A stretch of 64,000 nt of DNA from an uncultured Gemmatimonadales bacterium (GCA_963798085.1 CAWCRS010000001.1:96001-160000); one strand, 5' to 3'; positions 28,608 to 39,317 are shown, counted from the stretch's first letter. The notes: generated by a model not told the origin, from the letters alone. Program-made: numbers and translations.

Positions 28608-28669
28608 TACCTAGATAATCTTGGTATCACCTGCAATGCTGCGTCTGCGATACCTCGATTGTCAAGGCT
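28608..28669. promoter_or_regulatory. Two related palindromes (putative PadR operators) overlapping the padR promoter
   Basis: TACCTAGA-taa-TCTTGGTA (28608-28626) and TACCTCGA-ttg-TCAAGGCT (28651-28669). The second contains a minus-strand TTGACA. Confidence 0.55.
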
Positions 28670-28877
28670 TCCTGCGTGGCGACTTCGCGAGCGCGGTGCG
28701 TTCCCTGCGCACATGGCCGACGGGTGCATCCCATGGAGATCGCCGCAACGACGGACAGCGTGTGCACAGGGACATCAGTGCCTTTCTAACACCACGTTAC
28801 AATGGCGCGAAGAAGGTCCTTGCGGGACGCAGCACCGACGCTCCGGCTCGCGCGTACCCCCTGACCCCGCGCTGGAG

Positions 28878-29600
28878 TCAGGGGGTGACCGGAAGGTGCT
28901 CGGGATCCCAGCGCAGAACCGCCTTCAGGACGCCCTCGAGGTGTTTCCGCATGCGTTCCCTGACCAGCTTCGCGTCGCGCTGTTCCAGAGCTTCGAGGAT
29001 GGCAAGGTGTTCCCGGTGGTCTTGTTCGCGCGACCCGAAAATGCCGAGGATCAGGCGCTGCTCGTCCGAGAAGAGGTCGCCGAGAACATCGAGCAGCTGC
29101 GCCAGCACGGTGTTGCCGGAGGCGAGCGCAATGCGCCGATGAAACGCCATGTTAGTCGTGTTGAGGACGCCGTCGTTGTTCAGGTTCCGGCCGGCGGTCT
29201 CGAGCAGCTCCCGCATCTCGGCGAGGTCGGCGGCGGTCGCCTGCGCCACCGCCGTCGACGCCGAAAAGATCTCCAGCGGGATCCGCGTCTGCACGAGGTC
29301 CACGAGCAGCTTCTTGGTCACCGTGCCGCCGTAATCCCGGCTGGCGTGTACCAGCACGTCGTGGCCGCGACTGACGTATACGCCGGACCCGTGCCGGATC
29401 TCCACCATGCCCGTGGTCTGCAGCTTCTTGAGCGCTTCTCTGACCGTCGGGTGGCCGACGCCGAAGCGGCGCGCCATTTCCATGATGGCGGGAAGGCGAT
29501 CGCCCCGCGCGTATTCGCCTGCCATGATCAGAGTGCGGATGCGGCGGGCGAGCCGATCCGACAGGCTCTCCTTCACCACGGGCCTGAACGGGTCCTTCAT
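28878..29600 (-). CDS. GntR/FadR-subfamily regulator (HTH + FCD)
   Basis: GDRLPAIMEMARRFGVGHPTVREALKKL...EIRHGSGVYV, plus FCD motifs AFHRRIALASGN and EHLAILEAL. ATG after GGAGG. Confidence 0.93.
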   Translation of the reverse strand: MKDPFRPVVKESLSDRLARRIRTLIMAGEYARGDRLPAIMEMARRFGVGHPTVREALKKLQTTGMVEIRHGSGVYVSRGHDVLVHASRDYGGTVTKKLLVDLVQTRIPLEIFSASTAVAQATAADLAEMRELLETAGRNLNNDGVLNTTNMAFHRRIALASGNTVLAQLLDVLGDLFSDEQRLILGIFGSREQDHREHLAILEALEQRDAKLVRERMRKHLEGVLKAVLRWDPEHLPVTP

Positions 29601-29775
29601 GCGCGGCCTCCGCGTGCCGGACGTGTTCATCAGTCTACCCGGTCGCCTTCGGTTTTGCCATTCGAGGACTGTGCCTCTGCCCGTGCCGGCATTGCCGGTG
29701 TCCGGGATGCGCCAGGCGGGGTATGATGGAGGTGAATCGACCGCGCCCCACTGTTCATCAGCCGGGAAGGGGCAG

Positions 29776-30177
29776 ATGAAAGCCCGCAGACTCACCACCG
29801 CCCTGGCCATCTTCGCTTGCAGCACGCTCGCCGCCTGCGGCCTGCACCATGGTCGAGGTGCGGAGAAGCCGAATCCGGAACTCATCACACACCAGCAGCT
29901 CACCGAGAACCGCTTCGTCAACGCCTACCAGGCCGTCGAGGCGATGCGCCCGAACTGGCTCGTGCCGCACGGGCCCGACAGTTTCAGCTCACCGAGCGAG
30001 GTCCTCGCCTATCTGGACAACGTCAAGCTCGGCTCCGTCACCGAACTGCGCTCGATCCTCACGCCTGACATCTCCTTTCTGCGCCACTACGATGGCGTCG
30101 CGGCCACCACCCGCTTCGGCGTGGGTCACGCCGCGGGTGTGATCCAGGTTTCCACGTTCACGGAGAACCGGCGCTAG
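29776..30177 (+). CDS. Small lipoprotein, TonB-plug-like
   Basis: Lipobox LAAC, LIT...NAYQAVEAMRPNWL and ATTRFGVGHAAGVIQVST, which resembles the end of a TonB plug (compare AIYGSRGANGVVLITT in SusC). Confidence 0.7.
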   Translation: MKARRLTTALAIFACSTLAACGLHHGRGAEKPNPELITHQQLTENRFVNAYQAVEAMRPNWLVPHGPDSFSSPSEVLAYLDNVKLGSVTELRSILTPDISFLRHYDGVAATTRFGVGHAAGVIQVSTFTENRR

Positions 30178-30211
30178 GCTGGTCGGAGGCGCAGGCCGGG
30201 GCGCGGCAAGT

Positions 30212-31045
30212 TCAGCGGGACTTTCTAGACCCGCTGCTGCGCGCGCCGGAAGCGGTGGCATGCGTCGCGTTCCATTTACGAATGGCAGCCGTGACGCCGC
30301 GCAGGTGGTTCGTCATCCGTTCGCTGGCGAGCCGCTCATCGTGTGCTTCGATCGCGGCAAGGATCCCGAGATGGTCCTCGTGGTCGAGCTGGCGAGTGCC
30401 GAAGATCCCGATGATCAGTCGCTGCTCGTCGACAAACAGCTCCTGAAGCACGGAAATCAGCTGAACCAGTACTGCGTTGCCCGAGGTCAGCGCGATCTCG
30501 CGGTGAAACGCCATGTTCACGGTGTTGAGCTCGACCTCGTTCTCGGTCGCGCTCGCCTTTTCCAGGAGGCGTCGCATCTCGGCGAGATGCAGCGGGTCCG
30601 CGTTCTTCGCCGCTAGCGCTGCGGACAGCACTTCCAGTGGTGCCCGGGCCTGGATCAGATCCAGGAGCAGCTTGCGGGTCACCGTGCCCGCGTAGTCCGG
30701 CGTGGCGACGACCATTACGTCGTGATTGCGCGTCACGTACACGCCCGAGCCGTGCCGGATCTCCACCATACCCATCGCCTCGAGCTTCTTCAGCGCTTCG
30801 CGCAGCGAGGGATGCCCGACGCCGAACCGTCGGGCCATCTGCATGATCGGAGGCAGTCGGTCTCCTTTCCGGTACTGCCCTTCCTGGATCATGGCCCGGA
30901 TGCGCTGCGCCAGCCGGTCCGCGAGGTTGAGTTTCAGCACCGGTCGGAACGCCTCATCCGCGGGCTCTCGGCGCAGTGGCTGGTTGCCTCGGATTCTCGC
31001 CCGGCCCCTCGCGGGCGGACCCTGGCGCTCCGGACCGGGCGTCAC
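30212..31045 (-). CDS. GntR/FadR-subfamily regulator (paralog of 28878-29600)
   Basis: Same HTH/FCD motifs (GDRLPPIMQMARRFGVGHPSLREALKKL). Probable GTG start overlapping the MFS stop, start uncertain. Confidence 0.9.
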   Translation of the reverse strand: MTPGPERQGPPARGRARIRGNQPLRREPADEAFRPVLKLNLADRLAQRIRAMIQEGQYRKGDRLPPIMQMARRFGVGHPSLREALKKLEAMGMVEIRHGSGVYVTRNHDVMVVATPDYAGTVTRKLLLDLIQARAPLEVLSAALAAKNADPLHLAEMRRLLEKASATENEVELNTVNMAFHREIALTSGNAVLVQLISVLQELFVDEQRLIIGIFGTRQLDHEDHLGILAAIEAHDERLASERMTNHLRGVTAAIRKWNATHATASGARSSGSRKSR

Positions 31046-32544
31046 CGCGAAGCGGCGGTCGCCGGTTCGGCGTACTGCCTCCGCCGCTCCGCCAGCCCGT
31101 CCTGGATTTTCAGGTTGAGATCCTTCCCGATCCGGTAGAAGAGAAGGGACGCCACGACGATGGCCAGGAAGACGGCCGGGTAGACGCTCGCAGTGAGCCG
31201 GATCCCGAGCAGCGCTCGCGGCGCCTGCGTCACGTTCGCGACGTAGCCGTAGGCCCCGAGGAGCCAGCCGGTGAGCGCGCCGCCGAGCGAAAGGCCTGCC
31301 TTCAGCGCGAACAGGATGGTGGCGAAGATCACGCCGGTGATCCGCCGTCCAGTGGTCCACTCCGCGTAATCCGCCACATCCGCGAACATCGCCCAGAGCA
31401 GCGGGATCGTCGGCGCATAGCACAGCGCGCGAACCCACTCGAGCACGTAGGTGGCCCCGATCGCGTTCGCCGGCAGCAGGATGAACGCCGCGGCGAGTAC
31501 GGTGGCCAGCGTGAAGCCCACGAGGGCCACCGCCTTCTTGCCGAACCACCGGGCGAGGAACGCCGAGGCCACCACGCCGAGGATGGTCACGAGCTGCTGG
31601 GACATCTGGAAGAAGCTGAAGCCCACCGACGCGACGTTGCTGCGCGTCTCGTTGACCACGAGCCCGAACGTCTCCAGCAGATATCGCAGCACGCCGGACG
31701 GGCCGGCTCCCGCCTGGCCCAGTCCGAACTTCTCCAGGAAGCGGTACAGCTGCTCGCCGTCCACGTAGTAGGTGAAGTAGTAGAACATCGTCCCGCCACG
31801 CATCGCCACATAGATGAAATGCGCGAGCGTGACCCCGAACATGACGATCCACGGACCGTTGTGGAGCAGACCCGCGAAGTCCTCGCGCGGTGAAGACTTC
31901 TGCTCCGGCGGCGGCAGGATGCGCTCGCGCGTGGTGAGGAACGTGATCAGGAAGAACACGACGCAGACCACCGCCCACAGGCCCATCGTGAGCTGCCAGC
32001 CCCGAGCGTTGTCGCCATGCCCGAACTTGGCCACCAGCGGCAGCGTGAACCCGCCCACGATGAGCTGCGCGATCATCGCCGCGAAGAACCGGTACGACGA
32101 AAGCGTCGTGCGCTCGTTCACGTCCCCCGTCATCACCCCCATGAGCGCCGAGTACGGCGTGTTGTTCGCCGAGTACAGCGTCATGAGCAGGACGTTGGTG
32201 ACGACAGCGTAGACGAGCATTCCTGTGGCGTTGAAGGACGGCACGGTATACGCCAGCACCAGAACGACGGCCCAGGGTAGCGCCGTGCCCAGCACCCAGG
32301 GTCGGAACTTGCCCCAGCGGGTCTTGGTGCGGTCCGCGAGCACGCCCATCATGGGATCGAAGAACGCGTCCCAGAGACGCCCCACCAGCAGCAGTGAGCC
32401 GGCCGCACCGGCCGTGAGCCCGAACGTGTCTGTGTAGAAGCTGAGCTGGAAGAGGATCATCGTCATGAAGACGAAGTTTGCCGCGGCGTCGCCGAGGCTG
32501 TAGCCCGCCTTCTCGACGAACGAAAGCTTCTCTCTTTCCGCCAT
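31042..32544 (-). CDS. MFS glycoside-pentoside-hexuronide symporter
   Basis: KLSFVEKAGYSLGD, DPMMGVLADRTKTRWGKFRPW, NTPYSALMGVMT and MFADVADYAEW. Confidence 0.93.
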   Translation of the reverse strand: MAEREKLSFVEKAGYSLGDAAANFVFMTMILFQLSFYTDTFGLTAGAAGSLLLVGRLWDAFFDPMMGVLADRTKTRWGKFRPWVLGTALPWAVVLVLAYTVPSFNATGMLVYAVVTNVLLMTLYSANNTPYSALMGVMTGDVNERTTLSSYRFFAAMIAQLIVGGFTLPLVAKFGHGDNARGWQLTMGLWAVVCVVFFLITFLTTRERILPPPEQKSSPREDFAGLLHNGPWIVMFGVTLAHFIYVAMRGGTMFYYFTYYVDGEQLYRFLEKFGLGQAGAGPSGVLRYLLETFGLVVNETRSNVASVGFSFFQMSQQLVTILGVVASAFLARWFGKKAVALVGFTLATVLAAAFILLPANAIGATYVLEWVRALCYAPTIPLLWAMFADVADYAEWTTGRRITGVIFATILFALKAGLSLGGALTGWLLGAYGYVANVTQAPRALLGIRLTASVYPAVFLAIVVASLLFYRIGKDLNLKIQDGLAERRRQYAEPATAASR

Positions 32545-32573
32545 GCGTTGCAGTTCCTCGTGTGCGCCGGGAA

Positions 32574-34888
32574 TCAGCGCGTGACCGTGAGTGCCAGCGT
32601 CTGCAGGTCGCAGTCCCGTGACGAGGTCCCGACCATGATCGTGAACTCTCCGGGCTCGACCACCCGTTGCATGTCGATGTCGTGGAAAGCCAGTGAATCG
32701 GGTGTGATCTCGAGGGCCACCGTGGCTGACTCGCCGGGGACGAGCGTCACCCGACTGAAGCCCTTCAGCTCCTTGACCGGCCGCGTCACGGAGCTGAACT
32801 CGTCGCGGATGTACAGCTGCACCACCTCCGTGCCTTTGCGCGACCCGGTGTTCGTCACCTCCGCCAGCACGCGCGTGCGGCCGTCGCACGCAATCGTGCT
32901 CGCCTCTAGCCTCACGCGCTCCACGCGGAACGTGGTGTAGCTCAGACCGAAGCCGAACGCGAACAGCGGCGTTGCATCATCGAACAGGTAGCCCCGCCGC
33001 GCCGACGGCTTGTGATTGTAGAACACGGGCAGGTGGCCCGCGCTGCGCGGGAATGAAATCGGCAGCTTGCCCGACGGATTGCAGTCGCCGAACAGGACGT
33101 CGGCGATCGCGCGGCCGCTGTCCTGCCCGAGGTACCAGCATTCCAGGATCGCCGGCACGGTCGCGGCCAGATGCGGAATCGCCAGTGGGCGACCGTTGAA
33201 GAGCAGCGCGATCACCGGTTTGCCCGTGGCCAGCAGCGCGTCCACCAGCTGCTGCTGACGGCCGAGCAGGTCGAGGTGTGCGCGGTCACCCATGTGCGTT
33301 CGTGACCACGCCTCGCGCGACGTTTGCTCGTTGCCGCCGATCGCCAGGATCACGACGTCGGCCTGCAACGCGACTGCGACTGCCTCCCCGATCTTGCGCG
33401 CGTCCTCGGCCGGATCCGCGGCCACGACCTCGTCCTGGTTCCACGAGCCGCCCTGCGTGATGCCGCAGCCCTCCGCGTACAGCACGGCGTGCGCCCCTGC
33501 CTTCTCCCTCACGCCGTCCAGCACGGTCACGAAATAGCCGGGCACGCCGCTGTAGCCACCCAGCATGGTGCGGTGCGCGTTCGGGCCGATCACCGCGATC
33601 GTGCCGCAGCGGTCGGCGTCGAGAGGCAACAGATCCGCTTCGTTCCGCAACAGTGTGATGGCCTCGCGCGCCGCGGTGAGGCCGAGCGCGCGGTTCGGTG
33701 CGGACCCGACGATCCGTTCCGCCGCATCCGGGTCCACGTACGGGTCGTCGAACAGGCCCATGCGGAACTTCCAGTAGAGCATGGGCGCCACCAGCTCGTC
33801 GAGCTCCGCCTCCCGCAGCGCGCCTTCGCGCACCAGCTCCGCCAGGTGCAGGTAGCAGTCCGGCTCCGGCAGCTCGATGTTGACGCCCGCGCGCACCGCC
33901 AGTGCGCACGCTGCCCTCCGGTCCGCCGCCACCCGGTGGCCGTGCGTGCCCGGGCGGTCGGACAGCTCCCAGATCGCGTAGTAATCCGAAACCACATAGC
34001 CGGTGAAGCCCCACTCGCCGCGCAGCACGTCCCGCAGCAGCCAGCGGTTCGCGTGCGAAGGAACGCCGTCGATCTCGTTGTACGACGCCATGACGCTGAT
34101 CGCGCCCGCCTCGTCGATGGCCTGGCGGAAGGGAGGGAAGAAAACGTCGCGCAGCAGACGCTCCGAGATTTCGGCCGGCCCGCAGTTCATGCCGCCCTCC
34201 GGCTGGCCGTGGCCGGTCATGTGCTTGAGCGTGGCGATCACGTGCTTCCGGCCGCGGAACGTGCCATCGCCCTGGAAGCCGCGCACCGCCGCCGCACCCA
34301 TCCGCCCCGCCAGATACGGATCCTCGCCGTACGTCTCCTCGACGCGACCCCAGCGAGCATCGCGCGCCACGTCGACCACTGGCGTCAGCGCCTGGTGCGT
34401 CCCCCGCGCGCGCGCCTCCTCTGCCGTCATCGCGAACAGCGACGTTCCACCAGCTCCGGGTCGAACGTGGCCGCCAGAGCAATCGGCTGCGCGAAGCTCG
34501 TCGCGCCCACCGCCGCGTGGCCGTGCAGGCACTCCTCATGGAAAATCACCGGGATGCCCAGGCGACTCTCCTCCACGAAGAACCGCTGGATCGCATTCGT
34601 CAGCTCGGCGGTTTCGCGCGGTCTGAGACCGCCTGCCGCGTCGCTCGGCCGCCCGACCTGCCCCAGGCCGTGGCCCGCCGCGAATGCCCGCTCCGCCTTC
34701 TCCCGGTCGAACCGGCCCGCGGCGTCAACCAGCGTGTCGGCCTTCTGCTGCCACACGCACATCATCTGCGCGGCCTTCTCCTCGAGCGTCATGCGCGCGA
34801 GCAGATCCTTCAGCCGTTCCTCGGCCGGCAGCACGGGATTGCGGTACGGCTCGCTCACCTGGTTCGGCATTTCGACCGGCGTGGTCAC
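32574..34888 (-). pseudogene. GH3 beta-glucosidase/xylosidase split by a frameshift at ~34443
   Basis: The N-part (RMTLEEKAAQ...RLGIPVIFHEECLHG...ATFDPELVE) and the C-part (SLFAMTAEEARARG...RWGRVEETYGEDP...VSDY...KELKGF) are in different frames. Could be an assembly error. Confidence 0.85.
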
Positions 34889-35092
34889 GGGTCGACTGCC
34901 GGCTCGAACGGCACTCGTTGCCCGCCGTGGTCACGGAGACTGCTCCGGCCGCGCCGCTCACACAGCAGCCGGCCGGATTTCGGAGAGGAAATCGCGCGCA
35001 TTGCAAAGGCCTCGCCCACGGGTCCGTGAGGCTGACCTCGTGGTCGCCTCGTCGGAACAGCCGGGGAGGCGTGCGCTGCGCCATTGATAGAA

Positions 35093-35103
35093 TGATAATA
35101 TGA
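35093..35103. promoter_or_regulatory. Putative operator TGATAATATGA in the GH3-MFS-GntR promoter
   Basis: AT-rich island lying between minus-strand TTGCGA (35112-35107) and TATCAAT (35089-35083). The motif recurs at 37610 and 50462. Confidence 0.5.
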
Positions 35104-35245
35104 CTTTCGCAAGAATCAGCTACGCGGGCAGGCAGACGCAGCGACGGGAACCGCCGGTTCGCGCGAAACGGGACTGCGGCCGGAATCCGCGCTGATGGGG
35201 CGGCCGATGGACGGCGGGTCGCGTTCGCGTGCTCGATCGGCGCGG

Positions 35246-37480
35246 TCAGCGGAGGCGGGGGGTGCTGCGCGCGCCCCCGCCGCTCGCCGACGGGCGCATG
35301 ATCTCCGGACACGATGCGTGGACCAGGTTCATGGGGCAACGCAGCTGCCGGTAGAAATCGAGATTGTGCGCCGGCTGCTCGTATCCGGCAGGAATCGGCA
35401 GCCCGGAGAACGTCTGCCAGTAGAGCAGCGACGCGTCCCGCCACCAGCGGGCCTCTGCCACTTCCTTCTCGAGGTTGACGCGCGCCTCCCGGAACCGGTC
35501 GTCGTCGATTCGGCCCGCGAGGGAAACCCATGTGCGCAGATTCGCCTTCACGGTGTCCACGCCCATGTTGTAGTGCCGCACAAGCTCCTCCCAGAGTGTA
35601 CGGCCGGACGGCAGCCGCTCGGTCCAGGCGACGTGGTGAAACCAGAGCAGCAGGGTGTCACCGACCGTGCTGCGGTCAGCGAATCGATGGTCGAGCGGCG
35701 GGTGGTACTGCGCTACGGCGTTGCTACCGCTCGGTGTGCGGTCGAAGCCGATCCCCACGCGGTCCGCGCGTGCGTAGTAGGGCGGCGTCCAGTCTGCTCG
35801 CGGTCCGGCGGACTGCCACGGCCCCGGGCCGTAGTGCCCCCGCGCCGACATCTGATGGGCCAGACCGAGCGGCGTCATGTAGTTCACCGCGGCCTCACGC
35901 GAGTGGAGCATCATCGCCTTCACCTGCGTGACGAACGTGCTGTCATTCGTGAACGTCATGCGGATCCACTCATCCGCGATCGTGCCCGCGCTCAGTTCGT
36001 GGTCCCAGGCCAGACGTCCGAACGCATACCAGTTCGCCTGGTTGAACGTGGAGCCGCACCAGTTCGGGTCGTCCCCGGTATTGGCCACGCCCGCCATGCC
36101 CGTGTGCGGGTAGTGCGTCAGGCTGCCATCGAGCATGCGCGCCACCGAGGACCCCGACCCGTGCGCATACGTGTCTGCGCGCAGCACTTCCGTCCACATC
36201 GGGGCGAGGTAGACCAGGCTCGAGTACTGGCCCAGGTACTCCTTCGTGACCTGCACCTCCATCATCAGCGGCGTCTTCGGCATGGCGCCGAAGAGAGGCG
36301 AGAAGGGCTCCCGCGGCTGAAAGTCGAGCGGTCCGTTCTTCACCTGGATGAAGACATTCGGCCGGAATTGCCCGTCCAGTGGCGTGAACTCGTCGTACGC
36401 CTGTTTCACCCGGTCGATGGCGGCGCTGTCCGCATACACGAAGGCTCGCCAGAGGACGATGCCACCGTGCGGCGATAGCGCGTCCGCGATCAGGTTCGCG
36501 CCCTGGGCATGAGAGCGGCCGTAGTCCCTGGGTCCCGGTTGTCCCTCCGAGTTCGCCTTCATCAGGAAGCCGCCGAAGTCCGGGATCAACGCGTACACTT
36601 CGTCCGCCTTCTGCTTCCACCACGCCTGCACCGCCGCATCGAGCGGGTCCGCCGTCGCCAGACCGCCGGTCTCCACCGGCGAGCTGAAGCGCGCCGTCAG
36701 AAAGACGCGGATGCCGTACGGCCGGAACACGTTCGCCAGCGCGGCCGCCTTCACCAGGTAATCGTGCCGGAGAAATATCGTGTTAGCGTTGACGTTCGTG
36801 AGCGCGACGGCATTCAGGCCCAGGGATGCGTCGGCGCGCGCGTAGTCGGTGTAGCGGGGATCGAGCGTGTCCGGCAGCTGACTCCACTTCCACAGCGAGC
36901 CTCCCGCGTAGCCTCGCTCGATGCTGCCGTCCGGGTTGTCCCAGTGGTCCAGCATCCGCAGCTCGAACGTCGGCGCGCTGGTCAGCGCCAGTCCTGCCAG
37001 CGGACGATGCGTCTGCAGCTGCCGCAGGAACGCGAACACGCCGTACAGCACGCCAATGTCGCGGTTGGCGGTGATCACGATGAGGCGCCGGCCCCCCACG
37101 GCCACCGGCCGGATCAGGTAGCCCTCACTGCCCAGGGGCGGCAGCTCCGCGGCCAGCGGCAGCGTGGCAATGAACCGGGAGCTGGCCGGCGTCCCCGCCA
37201 GCACCGTGCCCTCGCCCACCGCGCCGCCGACCGCGAGTGAAGTACCGAGCAATCCATTGATGCCAATCGTGAGCTCCCGCCGTGCGGCCGCCAGCGTCGG
37301 CGACTCGCCCTCCACCACCAGGCGCTGGATCGCCGCGCGATAGGAACCCAGCAGCGCCGCGTCCTCGACGCGTGGGTAGCGCAGCCACAGCGCGTACCCG
37401 TTCTCCACGCGCGTCCGCTCGCTCGCGGCCAGCAGTGGAATCAGCAGGAGTGCGCCCTTGAGCAGCTTCCGGATCCTCAT
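35246..37480 (-). CDS. aguA: GH67 alpha-glucuronidase
   Basis: ENGYALWLRY, RMLDHWDNPDGSIERGYAG, KANSEGQPGP, QVKNGPLDFQPREP, KEYLGQ, QANWYAFGRLAW and YMTPLGLAH. Confidence 0.95.
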   Translation of the reverse strand: MRIRKLLKGALLLIPLLAASERTRVENGYALWLRYPRVEDAALLGSYRAAIQRLVVEGESPTLAAARRELTIGINGLLGTSLAVGGAVGEGTVLAGTPASSRFIATLPLAAELPPLGSEGYLIRPVAVGGRRLIVITANRDIGVLYGVFAFLRQLQTHRPLAGLALTSAPTFELRMLDHWDNPDGSIERGYAGGSLWKWSQLPDTLDPRYTDYARADASLGLNAVALTNVNANTIFLRHDYLVKAAALANVFRPYGIRVFLTARFSSPVETGGLATADPLDAAVQAWWKQKADEVYALIPDFGGFLMKANSEGQPGPRDYGRSHAQGANLIADALSPHGGIVLWRAFVYADSAAIDRVKQAYDEFTPLDGQFRPNVFIQVKNGPLDFQPREPFSPLFGAMPKTPLMMEVQVTKEYLGQYSSLVYLAPMWTEVLRADTYAHGSGSSVARMLDGSLTHYPHTGMAGVANTGDDPNWCGSTFNQANWYAFGRLAWDHELSAGTIADEWIRMTFTNDSTFVTQVKAMMLHSREAAVNYMTPLGLAHQMSARGHYGPGPWQSAGPRADWTPPYYARADRVGIGFDRTPSGSNAVAQYHPPLDHRFADRSTVGDTLLLWFHHVAWTERLPSGRTLWEELVRHYNMGVDTVKANLRTWVSLAGRIDDDRFREARVNLEKEVAEARWWRDASLLYWQTFSGLPIPAGYEQPAHNLDFYRQLRCPMNLVHASCPEIMRPSASGGGARSTPRLR

Positions 37481-37581
37481 GTTCCTGCCTCGTTCTTACC
37501 GGTGGCGCCGGCAGGTCGTTCGAATCGACGACCGCGCGATTCCGCCGCGGGCATGGCAGAGTCACGGTGCGGCGTGAGGCG

Positions 37582-37620
37582 TTGTCAACAGGTCGGCCGA
37601 CTCGTAATCTGATATTATGA
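37582..37620 (+). promoter_or_regulatory. Promoter of the GH43-GH3-GH43-GH8 operon with adjacent operator
   Basis: TTGTCA-N17-TAATCT immediately followed by TGATATTATGA (37610-37620). Confidence 0.55.
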
Positions 37621-37715
37621 GCCCGCACCTATCCCGGCCATAGCGCGACCCGCGCGCCGCGCGATTGCCTCGCAATGCCGGCTGCCGCACGCCGGCGTGG
37701 CACGAACCGACGAGC

Positions 37716-39317
37716 ATGAAGACGAACCCGTCGCTCCTCCTGGCTTCGACCTTCCTCTGCAGCAGCCTGGCGACCGGGACGGTGCGCGCCCAGACGCCGG
37801 TCATACCTGCGCGCAATCCGATCCTGTGGGCGGACGTCCCGGACCCCTGCGTCATCCGCGTGGACAGCGTCTATTACATGACCAGCACGACCATGCACAT
37901 GAGTCCGGGCGTGCCCATCATGCGGTCGAGGAACCTGGTCGACTGGAAAACGATCGGATACGCGTACGACCAGCTTGCCGACGTTGACGCGATGGCCATG
38001 CGGCAGGGCGAGAACGCCTATGGTCGAGGGACGTGGGCGAGCAGCCTCCGCTACCATGCAGGTACCTTCTACGTGGCCACGTTCTCGTACACGACGGGTG
38101 AGACCTACGTCTTCACCACCCGTGACCTCGAGAAGGGTCCGTGGCGTCGGTCGTCACTCAGCGCGGTCTACCACGACCAGTCCCTGTTCTTCGACGATGA
38201 TGGGCGCGCCTGGCTGGTCTACGGCGCGGGCGACATCCGCATCATCGAGCTGACGGCGGACGCGCGCGCGGTGAAGGCGGGCGGAGTGGACCGGCTGCTG
38301 ATCCCGAACGTGGGCGGCATCGCGGGCACGACCTTCAACGTGCCCGGCGAAGGTTCGCATCTGGAGAAGGTGAACGGGCGGTACTTCCTCTTCCTCATCG
38401 TCTGGCCGCGGGGCGGGATGCGTACCGAAGTCGTCTACCGGGCGGATCACCTCACGGGTCCGTGGGAGGGCCGGATCGTCCTCGCCGATGCGGGCATTGC
38501 GCAGGGCGGCATCGTCGACACGCCGGATGGCAAATGGTACGCGCTGCTGTTCGGGGACCGCGGCGCCGTCGGCCGGATTCCCTACCTCGTGCCGGTCACG
38601 TGGAAGGACGGGTGGCCGGTTCTCGGCGACAACGGCAAGGTGCCGGAGACGCTCGACATCCCCACTGATGGAACGGACGTGGGAGGCATCGTCGCATCCG
38701 ACGAATTCTCTGGAGACGCGCTGGGACCTGCCTGGCAGTGGAACCACAATCCGGACGCGCGGCTCTGGTCGCTCGTGAGCCGATCCGGCTGGCTGCGTCT
38801 CACGACGGGTCGCACCAATGCCGGCTTCGTCGCGGCTCGCAACACGCTCACGCAGCGGACCTTCGGACCGCAGAGCACAGCGAGCACAGCGCTCGACGTA
38901 ACCGGCATGAAGGACGGCGACGTCGCCGGCCTCGGGCTTCTGGCCGAGTACTGGGGCTATGTCGGCGTGAAGAAGGAGAATGGCACCGCAACCCTGATCA
39001 TGGCGAGCGCCGACGAAGGCGAGGTGGCGCGTGTCCCGTTGGAGTCGTCGATCATCCAGCTTCGCGCAGAAGCCGATTTCCGGAACCAGACGGACCGCGC
39101 CGTCTTCTCGTACAGCAGCGACGGCGTCCGCTGGACGCCGATCGGCGACACCCTCCGCATGCGCTACACGCTGGGCCATTTCATGGGCTACCGCTTCGCG
39201 CTCTTCCATTACGCGACGAAGACACCCGGCGGCTGGGCCGATTTCGACTATCTGCACCTGGGCAGTCCGGCCGATGCTGCCGGTGGTCGGAGCGAGCGAC
39301 GAAGGAGGGACAACTGA
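37716..39317 (+). CDS. Secreted GH43 glycosidase with C-terminal ConA-like domain
   Basis: Signal peptide, NPILWADVPDP, WASSLRYH, HDQSLFFDDDG, EGSH, AQGGIVDT and WQWNHNP. Confidence 0.93.
   Translation: MKTNPSLLLASTFLCSSLATGTVRAQTPVIPARNPILWADVPDPCVIRVDSVYYMTSTTMHMSPGVPIMRSRNLVDWKTIGYAYDQLADVDAMAMRQGENAYGRGTWASSLRYHAGTFYVATFSYTTGETYVFTTRDLEKGPWRRSSLSAVYHDQSLFFDDDGRAWLVYGAGDIRIIELTADARAVKAGGVDRLLIPNVGGIAGTTFNVPGEGSHLEKVNGRYFLFLIVWPRGGMRTEVVYRADHLTGPWEGRIVLADAGIAQGGIVDTPDGKWYALLFGDRGAVGRIPYLVPVTWKDGWPVLGDNGKVPETLDIPTDGTDVGGIVASDEFSGDALGPAWQWNHNPDARLWSLVSRSGWLRLTTGRTNAGFVAARNTLTQRTFGPQSTASTALDVTGMKDGDVAGLGLLAEYWGYVGVKKENGTATLIMASADEGEVARVPLESSIIQLRAEADFRNQTDRAVFSYSSDGVRWTPIGDTLRMRYTLGHFMGYRFALFHYATKTPGGWADFDYLHLGSPADAAGGRSERRRRDN

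Noticed and set aside
34427..34460. Programmed ribosomal frameshifting in the GH3 or ADOP genes
   Set aside because: There is no slippery sequence or phase-variable tract at either site, and I know of no precedent in these families.
38738..39313. 5' extensions in the ORF track (GH3, also DUF4105, GntR, MFS, SusC, amidohydrolase, ADOP)
   Set aside because: They overlap upstream genes or intergenic DNA. Better starts with an RBS and signal peptide exist downstream.
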